Part shown: in pieces, positions 40,345 through 50,183 of the stretch | Position numbering within the stretch: position 1 is the stretch's first letter | Layout of the letters: each line of letters begins with the position of its first letter | Assembly: GCA_965263035.1 (NCBI GenBank) | Contig: OZ253580.1 | Span: forward strand, 4,672,001 to 4,736,000 | DNA length: 64,000 nt | From: Acidobacteriota bacterium | GTDB lineage: Bacteria; Acidobacteriota; UBA6911; RPQK01; JAJDTT01 | Reading direction: 5' to 3' | Made by a program: the position numbers and the translations under genes | The notes under the pieces: generated by a model | What the model was told of the DNA's origin: nothing | What the model saw: only the letters and a program-made list of their open reading frames with translations | Database searches by the model: none

Positions 40345-41943
40345 CTAAGCCGGACCCGCCTGCCGAATGCTGGCCGAGGTCCCCTGCTCGAATTTCCTGA
40401 AGTTGGCCTTGAAGAGTCCGGCCAGCTCCCGAGCCTTGCTGCGGTAGGCCCCACGGTCCGGCCAGGTCCGCTCCGGCACCATCAGCTCGTGGGGAACACC
40501 CGGACATTCGGTGATCATGTCGAAGCCGAAGTGGCTGTCCCGTACTGCCGGCGCCTGGTCCAGACTGCCGTCGTGGATCCCGTCGATAATGGCCCGCGTG
40601 TGGGGCAGCGAGAATCGGCTTCCGACACCGTAGGGACCTCCCGACCAACCGGTGTTCACCAGCCAGACCCGGGCCTGGTGGCGCTGGATCTTCTCACCCA
40701 TCAGTTCGGCATACCGGCTTGGGTGCAACGCCAGAAACGCCGCTCCGAAGCAGGCCGAGAAGGTGGCACTGGGTTCGGTGACCCCCACTTCGGTCCCCGC
40801 CACCTTGGCGGTGTAGCCGCTGATGAAATGGTACATGGCCTGGTCCGGATTCAGGCGGCTGACGGGAGGAAGTACGCCGAAGGCGTCGCAGGTCAGGAAG
40901 ATGACGTTTCTCGGATGCCCGACTTGGCACGGGATCACCGCGTTGGGAATGAAATCGATGGGATAGGCCGCGCGCGTGTTCTCCGTGACGGAGTTGTCGT
41001 CGTAGTCGACCTGACGCCGGTCCGGATCGTAGACCACGTTTTCCAGGACCGTGCCGTAGCGGATGGCCCGGTAGATCTCGGGCTCGTTCTCCTCGGTGAG
41101 GCCGATGCACTTGGCGTAGCAGCCTCCCTCGATGTTGAAGACGCCCCGGTCGCTCCAGACGTGCTCGTCGTCTCCCACGAGCCGGCGGCGCGGGTCGGCC
41201 GAAAGCGTGGTCTTGCCGGTTCCGGAGAGCCCGAAGAAGAGGGCGACGTTGTCCAGTTCGGCGGAGGTGTTGGCCGAACAGTGCATCGAGAGCTGCCCCG
41301 CCATGGGCATCAGGTAGTGCATCACGGTGAAGACGCCCTTTTTCATCTCTCCGGCGTACTCGGTTCCCAGGATCACCATCTCCCGGCGTTCGAAGCTCAG
41401 GTCGATACTGGTCTTGGAGGTCATTTCCTCGGTGTGGAGGTTGGCCGGGAAGTGGCCGGCGTTGTAGATCATGAAGTCCGGTTCGCCGAACTCTTCCAGC
41501 TCCTTCTCCGAGGGCCGGATCATCATGTTGTACATGAACAGGGCGTGGTAGGCGCGAGTGCAGATGACCCGGATCTTGAGGCGGTAACGAGGATCCCAAC
41601 CGGCGTAACCGTCGGTGACGTACAGCCGCTCGCGGGTGTTGAGGTAGTCGACGGCCCGCTCCAGGTTGATCAGGAAGTTGTTCTCCTGGAGCGGAACGTT
41701 GACGGAACCCCACCAGATCCGGTCTCTCGAATCAGGATGAACGGCGACTCGCTTGTCGCCCGGGCTGCGTCCCGTCTTGGCGCCCGAGGAGATGATCAAG
41801 GCCCCGGAATCGGCGATCGCCGAACCCCGGTCGTAATTCAGGGCCTCCTCGTAGAGCTGAGCCGGCGCGATGTTGCGCAGGACTCTTCGAACTTGGATGT
41901 CGTGATCAGTCAGATCGACGTGGTGGTCCAATGGCGGTTTCAT
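40345..41943 (-). CDS. pckA: Phosphoenolpyruvate carboxykinase (ATP)
   Basis: TGRSP.DK, YAGEMKKG, MHCSAN, FFGLSGTGKTTLS, GDDEH and NIEGGCYAK motifs. Confidence 0.98.
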   Translation of the reverse strand: MKPPLDHHVDLTDHDIQVRRVLRNIAPAQLYEEALNYDRGSAIADSGALIISSGAKTGRSPGDKRVAVHPDSRDRIWWGSVNVPLQENNFLINLERAVDYLNTRERLYVTDGYAGWDPRYRLKIRVICTRAYHALFMYNMMIRPSEKELEEFGEPDFMIYNAGHFPANLHTEEMTSKTSIDLSFERREMVILGTEYAGEMKKGVFTVMHYLMPMAGQLSMHCSANTSAELDNVALFFGLSGTGKTTLSADPRRRLVGDDEHVWSDRGVFNIEGGCYAKCIGLTEENEPEIYRAIRYGTVLENVVYDPDRRQVDYDDNSVTENTRAAYPIDFIPNAVIPCQVGHPRNVIFLTCDAFGVLPPVSRLNPDQAMYHFISGYTAKVAGTEVGVTEPSATFSACFGAAFLALHPSRYAELMGEKIQRHQARVWLVNTGWSGGPYGVGSRFSLPHTRAIIDGIHDGSLDQAPAVRDSHFGFDMITECPGVPHELMVPERTWPDRGAYRSKARELAGLFKANFRKFEQGTSASIRQAGPA

Positions 41944-42158
41944 CTGAACTTCTCCAAATTTGCCTGCTGCCGGTTTACGGTTTCGCCAAATTCAGAATAA
42001 CGAAGAATGGCGTTGAGTGCCCGGCGTGGCAGGTTCGTGTCTGACTTGTCGGGGCTACCGTGTCTCCATACAATTCCCTCTCGAACCAGATTACCGACCG
42101 GCCTCCGGTCGAGCACCGGGGCCAATGTCCGATCTGAAACCAGGAGGCGCAACCGATC

Positions 42159-43733
42159 ATGATCCAGACGTGGACCTGCTGTCTGATTCTCCTTACATTT
42201 CTCTTTCCGGGCGGCGAGCTCCGGGGGGAAGAGAAGATTCGCGTTCTTCTGCTCGACGGACAGAACAATCACAACTGGGTGGAGACCAGCGAGTCGCTGC
42301 GCGGCGCCCTGGAGCGCGCCGGTCTGTTCCAGGTTGTCACTGCCACCAGTCCGCCCAAGGAAGCCGAACCCGGCGCCTGGCGCCGCTGGTGGCCTGATTT
42401 CCGGGCATTCGACGTCGTCGTCAGCAACTACAACGGTCAGCCCTGGCCCAGAGCGGTGCAGGAGGCGTTGGAGGAGTACGTCCACTCCGGAGGGGGTCTG
42501 GCGATCGTCCACGCCGCCAACAACGCTTTTCCCGAATGGACCGAGTACAACCGGATGATCGGCCTGGGATGGCGGGACCGGGACTACGGCGACGCCATCG
42601 CCGTCGACGACGCCAGCGGCCGCCTCTTGCGCATCTTCCGAGGCACCGGCATCGGTGCCGGACATGGGCGGCGGCATTCCTACGTGGTCCGGATCCGGAA
42701 GCCGGAGCATCCCATCATGAAGGGGATTCCGGTCCGCTGGATGCACGCCACCGACGAGCTGTATCACGGCCAGCGGGGACCCGCCTTGGACATGACCGTT
42801 CTGGCGTCCGCTTATTCGGAGCCGAAGCAAGCCGGGTCGGGGCAGCATGAGCCCTTGGTCTGGGTGATTCCCTACGGTCGAGGTCGAGTCGTCACCAATC
42901 TGATGGGGCATCACTGGCCCGGTCAGGAGCACCGGAACTCACTGCACTGCGTCGGCTTCCAGACCATTTTCACCCGTAGCGTCGAGTGGTTGGCCAGGGA
43001 TCGGGTCACGCTTCCCGTGCCCGATCGTTTCCCCACCACGACCGAGGTGGTGATGGTCGATTTGACCCCGGCGCCGGGGCCGGAAGTGCCGTCCGGGCAC
43101 CGCCTACTCTACAATCAGACCATGGGTAAAAAGGAGGCGCTCCGGGACTTCGTCTTCTCCGACGCGGGGGCCTGGCGCTACTCCGACCGAAGCCAGGGGG
43201 AACCGGCGTTGGAGCATTTCCGGCAGAGCCGGTACGAGCCTCCGCACCGTTCCCCCTTGAACATCGCGCTGGTCGATCGCCAGCAATTCGGCAGTTTCGT
43301 CGTGGACCTGCGGGTCCGGCAGACGGGCCGGGAATACGGTCACCGGGATCTCTGTTTCTTCTTCGGTTTCCAGGACCCGGCGCACTTCTACTACGCGCAT
43401 ATCTCGTCCCAGACCGACGACCACGCCCACAACATCTTTCTGGTCAATGGCCAGGCGCGGGTGAAGATCTCCACGAAGACGACCTCCGGCCACGACTGGG
43501 GCGAGAGGGATTGGCACCAGGTCCGGATCCGGCGCGATCTGGAGAGCGGCTCCATACAGGTTTTCGTCAACGACATGTCCAAGCCCATCATGAGCGCCCA
43601 AGACAAGACGTTCGCTGAGGGTTGGATCGGCGTGGGCTCGTTCGACGACACCGGCAAGGTGTCCCGGATTCGCATTTGGTCGCCGGAACTCGTGCGGAAG
43701 AACATCGACTTCTTTTCCGGTCCCGGCGATTGA
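42159..43733 (+). CDS. Secreted ThuA-like domain + DUF1080-like domain protein
   Basis: DGQNNHNW, GGGL..VHAA, DELY and YGRGRV..MGH (ThuA); C-terminal WHQVRI..GWIGVGSFDD. Confidence 0.85.
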   Translation: MIQTWTCCLILLTFLFPGGELRGEEKIRVLLLDGQNNHNWVETSESLRGALERAGLFQVVTATSPPKEAEPGAWRRWWPDFRAFDVVVSNYNGQPWPRAVQEALEEYVHSGGGLAIVHAANNAFPEWTEYNRMIGLGWRDRDYGDAIAVDDASGRLLRIFRGTGIGAGHGRRHSYVVRIRKPEHPIMKGIPVRWMHATDELYHGQRGPALDMTVLASAYSEPKQAGSGQHEPLVWVIPYGRGRVVTNLMGHHWPGQEHRNSLHCVGFQTIFTRSVEWLARDRVTLPVPDRFPTTTEVVMVDLTPAPGPEVPSGHRLLYNQTMGKKEALRDFVFSDAGAWRYSDRSQGEPALEHFRQSRYEPPHRSPLNIALVDRQQFGSFVVDLRVRQTGREYGHRDLCFFFGFQDPAHFYYAHISSQTDDHAHNIFLVNGQARVKISTKTTSGHDWGERDWHQVRIRRDLESGSIQVFVNDMSKPIMSAQDKTFAEGWIGVGSFDDTGKVSRIRIWSPELVRKNIDFFSGPGD

Positions 43734-43781
43734 CCCGGAATCATCCTTTCCCGTTCCAACGGCCGGACGCGACGATTTCGG

Positions 43782-45695
43782 ATGGATGAAATGGTGGACA
43801 TGGGGAATCAGGAGAGCTTCATGGACTCTGTGCTGGACGACCTTCGAGCCCTTCGTCAGATGCTCGAGCAGGGCAGGATCGGGTCGGGTCCACCGCGGAT
43901 CGGCATCGAGCAGGAACTCTTCCTGGTGGACGACTCTTGGCAGCCGGCTCCGGTGGGTCCGCAGATTCTGGAAGACAACCGGAATCCCCGCGTCACCCCC
44001 GAGTTGGGGCGATTCAATCTGGAGATCAACTTCGACCCTCTGGAGTTCCGGGGCGGCTGTTTGGAAGAGTTGGAGCGCCAGCTCAACGAATCGATCGAGG
44101 AGCTGGCCGTACTGGCCCGCGCTCACGGGGCGCGGATCCTGCTCGCGGGCATCCTGCCCACCCTGACCCTGTCGCAGCTCACGACTCGGAACATGAGCCC
44201 GCAGCAGCGCTACCGCACGCTCTCGGAGGCGGTCACCAATCTGCGCGGCGAGACCCATACGCTCCGCATCCGGGGGATCGACGAACTGATGGTCAAGGTA
44301 AAAACCATCATGTTGGAGGCCTGCAACACCAGCTTCCAGGTGCACCTCCAAGTGCCTCCGGACCAGTTTCCCCAGTACTACAACATCGCCCAGTTGGCGA
44401 CGGCCCCGGTGCTGGCGGCCGCCGTCAACTCTCCCCTCCTGCTGAGCAAGAGACTGTGGAAGGAAACCCGAATCGCCCTCTTCCAACTCTCCGTCGACAC
44501 GCGGAGGCCCTCCGCCTATCCCCGGAGTTCAAGACCCCGCGTCGGATTCGGGGACCGCTGGGTTCGCGGCTCGGTGTTGGACATCTTCCGCGAGGACGTG
44601 ACCCGTTTCCGGGCTCTGATGAAGGTCGAGGGCACCGAGGACCCGTTCGAGGCGCTTTCCCGCAACCGGTTGCCCAGGCTCAAGGCGCTCAGCCTGTTCA
44701 ACGGCACCGTCTACCGTTGGAATCGTCCCTGCTACGGAGTTCACCAGGGCCGGGCCCATTTGCGAATCGAGAACCGGGTCCTTCCATCCGGTCCCTCGGT
44801 GCTGGATGAGGTGGCCAACGCCGCTTTCTTCTGCGGACTGGTCACCGGCTTGGCACAGGAGCACGGGGACGTCACCCCCCGGATCTCCTTCGCCGAGGTC
44901 AAGTCCAACTTCCTGTCGGCCGCCCGATCGGGTCTGAACGCGCAGTTGAACTGGCTGGACGGAGGATCCATGTCCGCTCCCGAACTGATTCGAGAGAGGC
45001 TCCTGCCCGTGGCCAGGGAGGGTCTCCGGCACCGCGGCATCCGCGGCGAGGACATCAAGCGGTATCTGGGCGTCATCGAGAAGCGGGTGGAGAACGGGCA
45101 GACGGGAGCGGATTGGCTGCTGCGATCGTATTCCCGGATGGGAGGCGATCGGCGCCGGGGAGAGATTCTGGTGGCTCTGACGGCGGCGACCTACCATCGC
45201 CAGACGCAAGGAAGGCCTGTCCATTCATGGCCGTTGGCCCAGGCGGACGAGGGCGGGGACTGGCGGGCCCACTACAAGCGGATCGAGCAGTACATGACCA
45301 CGGAGGTCTTCACCGTCCAGCCGGAGGACCCCATCGACCTGGCGGCCAGCATCATGGATTGGGAGCGGGTCCGGCACATTCCAGTGGAGGATGAACAGAA
45401 CCGCCTGGTCGGTCTGGTCTCCTATCGGGCCATCTTCAGTTTTTTCATCCGCCAGGGCGGCGCACAACGCAAGATGGAGCCGGTTCGCCGGATCATGAAG
45501 CCGGATCCCATCACCGTGACTCCGGAGACGTTGACGGTGGAAGCCATCGCCATCATGCGGCGCGAGAAAATCGGGTGCCTGCCGGTGGTTCAGGACGGTC
45601 GACTGGTGGGCATCGTCACCTACCGGGACTTCATGGAGATCGCAGGCAAGTTGCTGGAGCAGCAGTTGAGAGCGGGAGATCAAGGCCAGGATTGA
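43782..45695 (+). CDS. Glutamate-cysteine ligase (GCS2)-like domain fused to a CBS pair
   Basis: GIEQE, PELGRFNLE, NTSFQVHLQV, ETRI.LF and HLRIENR motifs; C-terminal RHIPV..LVGLV and IGCLPVV..LVGIVT. Confidence 0.88.
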   Translation: MDEMVDMGNQESFMDSVLDDLRALRQMLEQGRIGSGPPRIGIEQELFLVDDSWQPAPVGPQILEDNRNPRVTPELGRFNLEINFDPLEFRGGCLEELERQLNESIEELAVLARAHGARILLAGILPTLTLSQLTTRNMSPQQRYRTLSEAVTNLRGETHTLRIRGIDELMVKVKTIMLEACNTSFQVHLQVPPDQFPQYYNIAQLATAPVLAAAVNSPLLLSKRLWKETRIALFQLSVDTRRPSAYPRSSRPRVGFGDRWVRGSVLDIFREDVTRFRALMKVEGTEDPFEALSRNRLPRLKALSLFNGTVYRWNRPCYGVHQGRAHLRIENRVLPSGPSVLDEVANAAFFCGLVTGLAQEHGDVTPRISFAEVKSNFLSAARSGLNAQLNWLDGGSMSAPELIRERLLPVAREGLRHRGIRGEDIKRYLGVIEKRVENGQTGADWLLRSYSRMGGDRRRGEILVALTAATYHRQTQGRPVHSWPLAQADEGGDWRAHYKRIEQYMTTEVFTVQPEDPIDLAASIMDWERVRHIPVEDEQNRLVGLVSYRAIFSFFIRQGGAQRKMEPVRRIMKPDPITVTPETLTVEAIAIMRREKIGCLPVVQDGRLVGIVTYRDFMEIAGKLLEQQLRAGDQGQD

Positions 45696-45752
45696 GAGGA
45701 ACCGAGGTCCGGATCGCCTCCTGCCAGTGGGATGGTCTCCTACCTGTCCTAG

Positions 45753-45911
45753 GAGTCTGCGCGGTAGAAATGATCGTAGCGAGAAAGTGGGGAATCGAGG
45801 CCAGATTTTCTCGATTTTGAGGTGCATAGTTGTTCTATTCGCCGAGAAATCGGGGAAATATGGACCGATTCTACCGCTTTCGCAGTAGATCAATTTCTGC
45901 GGCGCAGGCTC
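45753..45911 (+). mobile_element. MITE copy 3 (159 bp, CTAG flanking duplication at 45749-45752 and 45912-45915)
   Basis: One mismatch to copy 2; supplies the stop codon of the adjacent MFS gene. Confidence 0.95.
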
Positions 45912-47200
45912 CTAGTTCCCAAACTACTCCGTCCGGTCCGGCGCCCGTAACCATGGTGCAGGATGGCGGCGGCCGCGAGCCCCACGGTCGCCAGGCCCGA
46001 GAGCAGGAGGAAGTAGTGCTGATGCCCGCCGATGCCGGGTGTCGCGTCCAAAAGCCGACCGGCGATCATGTTGTAGAAGATGTCCGGCGTATAGCCCACC
46101 AGGGAGATCACGCCGACGGCGGTCCCGGTCAGCGTATGCGGAACATGAGTCTGCTCCAAGAGGGCGAAGTAGAGGCCACGTAGCGCGTACACACCGAAAA
46201 TCGTAACGATCAGGTTCGCGTACAGGATCACCACGAGTTCCGGACTCGTTCCCAGGAAAGCGAGTACGGCCCAGCTGGCGGCAAGGGACGTGAACAGCAC
46301 CGTGGTCGTCCAGGCGATCCCGAATCGGTCTCCCACGAATCCGGCGAGTATGGCGCCGCCGGGACGGAGGTAGCCCGTCGTGGCAGCGAAACCGGCGGCA
46401 TCGGTTTCGTTCATCCCCAGCACTTCGTAGTAGTAGAGGGAATAGTTGTCGAGCCCCTTGTAGCCGCAGTAGGCGCAGATCACGATGACGGCCTGCAGCC
46501 ATACCGCACGGATGCCAAGAACCTTCCTGACCTTCGACCAGGTCTGCCGCCGACGTTTTCGCGTGACGGCGGGCGTCTCCGGGATGAGCCACCACACCGC
46601 GGCGGCCGCCGCCAAGGTGGCGACGGTGTAAAAGAGGATGACCGTCTGCAGGGCGGCCGCGCGTTCGGCCGGGTCGGCGAGCGTCGGATCGGCTCCGATT
46701 CGGAGGCTGAACAGAATGACGCCGACGCTCGCGAACAGTGCCGCGATCAGACCGCGGCCACCGTCCAGGAGGCCGAATCCCCGGCCTTGAGAGAGTTGTC
46801 CCCCCCACTCCCGGGTCGCGCGGATCAGGGCGCACCAGAAAAGAAGAACACTCGTCACCCCCCAGAAGGCGTAGAGGACAGACATGCCCAGAATGCCGGG
46901 CAGGGTCATGAGATAGAGACCGCCCGCGGCCGTGACCACAAGCGAAATGCTCATCAGCTTACGGGCCGAGAAGCGGTCGGCGAGGATCCCACCCGGGAAA
47001 TAACAGAGCATCGCGGTAATGCCGTAGGGCGCGAAGATGTCACCCAGGTCGGAATTGGAAAAGTCGAAGACTTCGAGCACGGTCGGGCGGAAGAAGCGCA
47101 GCACGTTAAACGGCAGGCTGTACATCATCTCCCCGGCGAACACCAGGACGAACATGGTGAGAATACGCGAGCGCGTTTCAATCGAAATGGGATTTCGCAT
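45890..47200 (-). CDS. MFS transporter
   Basis: About 12 TM segments; GG.LADRFSARK and GFVGDRFG motifs; last codons derive from the MITE. Confidence 0.9.
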   Translation of the reverse strand: MRNPISIETRSRILTMFVLVFAGEMMYSLPFNVLRFFRPTVLEVFDFSNSDLGDIFAPYGITAMLCYFPGGILADRFSARKLMSISLVVTAAGGLYLMTLPGILGMSVLYAFWGVTSVLLFWCALIRATREWGGQLSQGRGFGLLDGGRGLIAALFASVGVILFSLRIGADPTLADPAERAAALQTVILFYTVATLAAAAAVWWLIPETPAVTRKRRRQTWSKVRKVLGIRAVWLQAVIVICAYCGYKGLDNYSLYYYEVLGMNETDAAGFAATTGYLRPGGAILAGFVGDRFGIAWTTTVLFTSLAASWAVLAFLGTSPELVVILYANLIVTIFGVYALRGLYFALLEQTHVPHTLTGTAVGVISLVGYTPDIFYNMIAGRLLDATPGIGGHQHYFLLLSGLATVGLAAAAILHHGYGRRTGRSSLGTRSLRRRN

Positions 47201-47236
47201 CACACCGGCATCCGGACGGGACGCGGCTCCGCGGAA

Positions 47237-49990
47237 TTACCTGAAGGAGAAGCTGTAGAGCTGGGCGTGACCCTCCAAACGGAATCGCAGACGGAGCGGC
47301 TCCCCGCCGTTGGGAAGACTGAGCTGTCTTTCCCCGTAGGGCCAAGAGACCGGGACCGCGAGGCCGTCTCCGGTCACGGCATTGCTCCGAGCCGCGGTCC
47401 GGTCCCCCTGCAACAGCTCCACGAGAATCCGGCCTCGGCCTCGATCGAGTCCGGTTGCATTCAGTTCCAATTCCAGGGGCGCACCCGCCGGTTTCAGCGG
47501 GATGGTGGTCCAGGAGCCGGATTCGGACCCTTCCGCCACCTCCAGGCTGACGAAGCCGTCTCTCCGGATGGTGGCCAGACCGGTGTACATGGGAGTGATG
47601 ATCCAATCGTGGAACCACCCGATGGTGGTGGCGCTGCCGGAATAGTAGAACCAGAGTTCGCCCTCGACTTCCAAGGGAACGTTCACGGGAGAGACCCAGC
47701 CGGCGTCCCATTCGCCGTTCCGTCCCAACTCGATCACGGGCCGGCCGTCGAAGACATGGACGAAATTGACTCCGTCCCGGCTGACGATCAACTGTTGGGG
47801 CATCCGGTGATCGGGTCCCCAGATGTCGAACATGCCCGGATACATGCCGGCGTCCGGCCAGACCGAGGTCAGATGCTGCTCCGCCTCCAGGCCGGCCCGG
47901 GGGACCAGGTTGGGGTTCCTGGGATCGCTGGTCCACTCCAGAAGGTCGGGGCTCCAGTAGACGCAGGTCATTCGGACCCAGCGGTAAGTCTCCTTCGCGC
48001 AGTGGGAGAAGACCTTCCAGCGCCGCTCCGGTTTCGGCTCCAGGAAGTCGTAGAAAAGGTTCCGCCGGTCGCCGAACGACATCTGGACGCGGCCACCCCG
48101 GGTCCAGTGAATGCCGTCGGGAGAATAGAGGAGTGGATTGCCCCGTGTGGCCACGATCGCCTTGTAGCGCCGGTTGGGATCCGGCTCCCGTTCGTCCTTG
48201 ACCACCATGGGCATGTAGGCGCTCCCTCCATCGCCGCTCATGTCCATGATGTTGTTGGCCTTGGACCCCTTGTATTCCACCTGGTTCAGATTGGGCTTGA
48301 CCCAGTTCACCCCGTCCCGGCTCTCCGCGTAGCCCACGTAATGGGGAGAGCGCTGGTTCGTCGCGTAGTCCTGGGAGAGGCCCGAGTACCACATCCGGAA
48401 ACGCCCCTCGTCGTAGAGAATCTCGCCGTAGGCGTGAGCGCGGAGACCGTCGAAGCTGCCCAGGGGACCGGTTCTCAGCACCGGGTTGGCCGGATGCTTC
48501 TTCATGGGATGGAAGCTCTCGACCAGTCCGTCGGTCGCGCTCACCTCCAGCATGTCCAGGAAGAGCACCTTGCGGCCCGCCTCCACCTTCAGGTCCGGGA
48601 CCGCCATCCGGTCGAAAAAGACCCCGCCGCCGGTTGAGTCGGTGGCGGCCACGGTCATTCCCAAGCTCCCGGAGCCCGGCGACATCTGCTTCTGGACCGT
48701 GTGGAAGTCGCTCAGGGCGGGTCCCGCCGACAGTTCGTTGGGAAGAATGTTCGTGGCCTCTTTGTGAAGCAGAGGGTCGCCGGCCAGAGTGCGGCTCTCG
48801 TAGGGAGCGCTGAACCCGTTTCCCAGCCAGCGCGAGTAGAAGGTATGGCCGCGGGTCGAATTGGACCAGAAGACCCAGGCGACGCCGTGTTCGTCGCGGG
48901 CCAGTTGGGGACGGTGGAACTTGTCCCGGCCGTAGTGCAGCGGTTTTCGGGTCCAGTTCCGGCCGTCGAAATAGGCGTAGAGAATGACGTGCTCCGATTT
49001 CTCGAAGACCACCAGCGCCCGTTCGCCCCAGCCGACCACGCTGTAGTTGACGAAGCCGGTTCCACTCCAGGGGCCGTGAGGCAGGATCCGGGTCAGGTCC
49101 TCGTCCCCGGCGAAGGATTTGGCCAAGTCAGGGATCTGGAGATAGTAGAGGAGCCAGGAATCGTCCCGGCTGAAGACCAGGTGGAGAGTGCCGCTGGGGT
49201 CCAGATCCATCACCGGTGCTCGAAAGGCTCCCGGAAGGGTCAGGACCTTGCGGGTCCAGCCCCGGTCCGACGGGGTGGCCATCCAGATCTCGTCCGACTC
49301 CTGGCGTCCATTGTGGCGGTTGTACACGACTCCGCCGTCCTGGAGGCGCGAGTGGCCTTCAGCCGTGGACGATGCCTGACTGTAGGCAATCCAGAGCCGG
49401 CCCGCTCCATCGACGGCCAGATCCCCCATTCGAGGGTCCTTCGCCGAGTCGTCGACTCGTTGGGCCGGCGCCCAGTTGCCGGCATCGCGGATCCTGGCGG
49501 CCGCCTCCGCTCCGGCCACCTCGCACCGGCTGTACCAGATGGCGTCGGGATCGGAGCTTTGCCAGATCAGGTGCAGCACGTCGTCGCCGTCGAGGACGAA
49601 GCTGACCGCACTGGCGTCGTTTTCGGCCCCTGCGATGCGATTCTCGGTGGACCCTCCGGCGAGGAGCACGGGCGGGTGAAAGTCGCCGGCGAACTCAGGA
49701 TCGCCGCTCTTGGAGACGGCCAGAAAGGCGGTCCTGCCGCCCGAGGACTTGCCGTCGTAGGCGACGAACCAGAGCCCGTCCTGGTTCCTTCCGATCTGCC
49801 GCCCGTTGGAGTGGGGGAAGGGAACGACACCACCGCCGCTACCGACTTTCAGGGTCACGACCGCCGGCAGGGACTCCGCCAGCAGGAGGACCGTAAACGC
49901 TGAGGCGAAAAGCCGGCTCAGGAGAGGCAGGCTTCCCGTTTCGCGTCTCCCAAGCCCAGTCGTAAGAAGATGGGAATCGGTAAGCACCAT
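47237..49990 (-). CDS. Large secreted multi-propeller protein, C-terminal GH32/GH43-like 5-blade domain
   Basis: KHPANPVL, FRMWY, YAESRDGVNW.KPNL, SPDGIHW and GLAT.RRDGFVS motifs. Confidence 0.75.
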   Translation of the reverse strand: MVLTDSHLLTTGLGRRETGSLPLLSRLFASAFTVLLLAESLPAVVTLKVGSGGGVVPFPHSNGRQIGRNQDGLWFVAYDGKSSGGRTAFLAVSKSGDPEFAGDFHPPVLLAGGSTENRIAGAENDASAVSFVLDGDDVLHLIWQSSDPDAIWYSRCEVAGAEAAARIRDAGNWAPAQRVDDSAKDPRMGDLAVDGAGRLWIAYSQASSTAEGHSRLQDGGVVYNRHNGRQESDEIWMATPSDRGWTRKVLTLPGAFRAPVMDLDPSGTLHLVFSRDDSWLLYYLQIPDLAKSFAGDEDLTRILPHGPWSGTGFVNYSVVGWGERALVVFEKSEHVILYAYFDGRNWTRKPLHYGRDKFHRPQLARDEHGVAWVFWSNSTRGHTFYSRWLGNGFSAPYESRTLAGDPLLHKEATNILPNELSAGPALSDFHTVQKQMSPGSGSLGMTVAATDSTGGGVFFDRMAVPDLKVEAGRKVLFLDMLEVSATDGLVESFHPMKKHPANPVLRTGPLGSFDGLRAHAYGEILYDEGRFRMWYSGLSQDYATNQRSPHYVGYAESRDGVNWVKPNLNQVEYKGSKANNIMDMSGDGGSAYMPMVVKDEREPDPNRRYKAIVATRGNPLLYSPDGIHWTRGGRVQMSFGDRRNLFYDFLEPKPERRWKVFSHCAKETYRWVRMTCVYWSPDLLEWTSDPRNPNLVPRAGLEAEQHLTSVWPDAGMYPGMFDIWGPDHRMPQQLIVSRDGVNFVHVFDGRPVIELGRNGEWDAGWVSPVNVPLEVEGELWFYYSGSATTIGWFHDWIITPMYTGLATIRRDGFVSLEVAEGSESGSWTTIPLKPAGAPLELELNATGLDRGRGRILVELLQGDRTAARSNAVTGDGLAVPVSWPYGERQLSLPNGGEPLRLRFRLEGHAQLYSFSFR

Positions 49991-50183
49991 CTTTCAGCTC
50001 TCCTGAGTTGTTGTGATTTGCCGTCCCGCGCCGGAAGGATCGTACCAGAGTCCGTTCGGGGAGGGGATTCGGCCGACGTCATCCCCGGTGAATGAAGGAG
50101 ATGCCGTCCCGTTCCGTCCGCTGCGGCTCGGCCGCCGGCTTTTCCTGGGTCCGGGACTTGGGTTATATTTCCAGGAGATTCCC

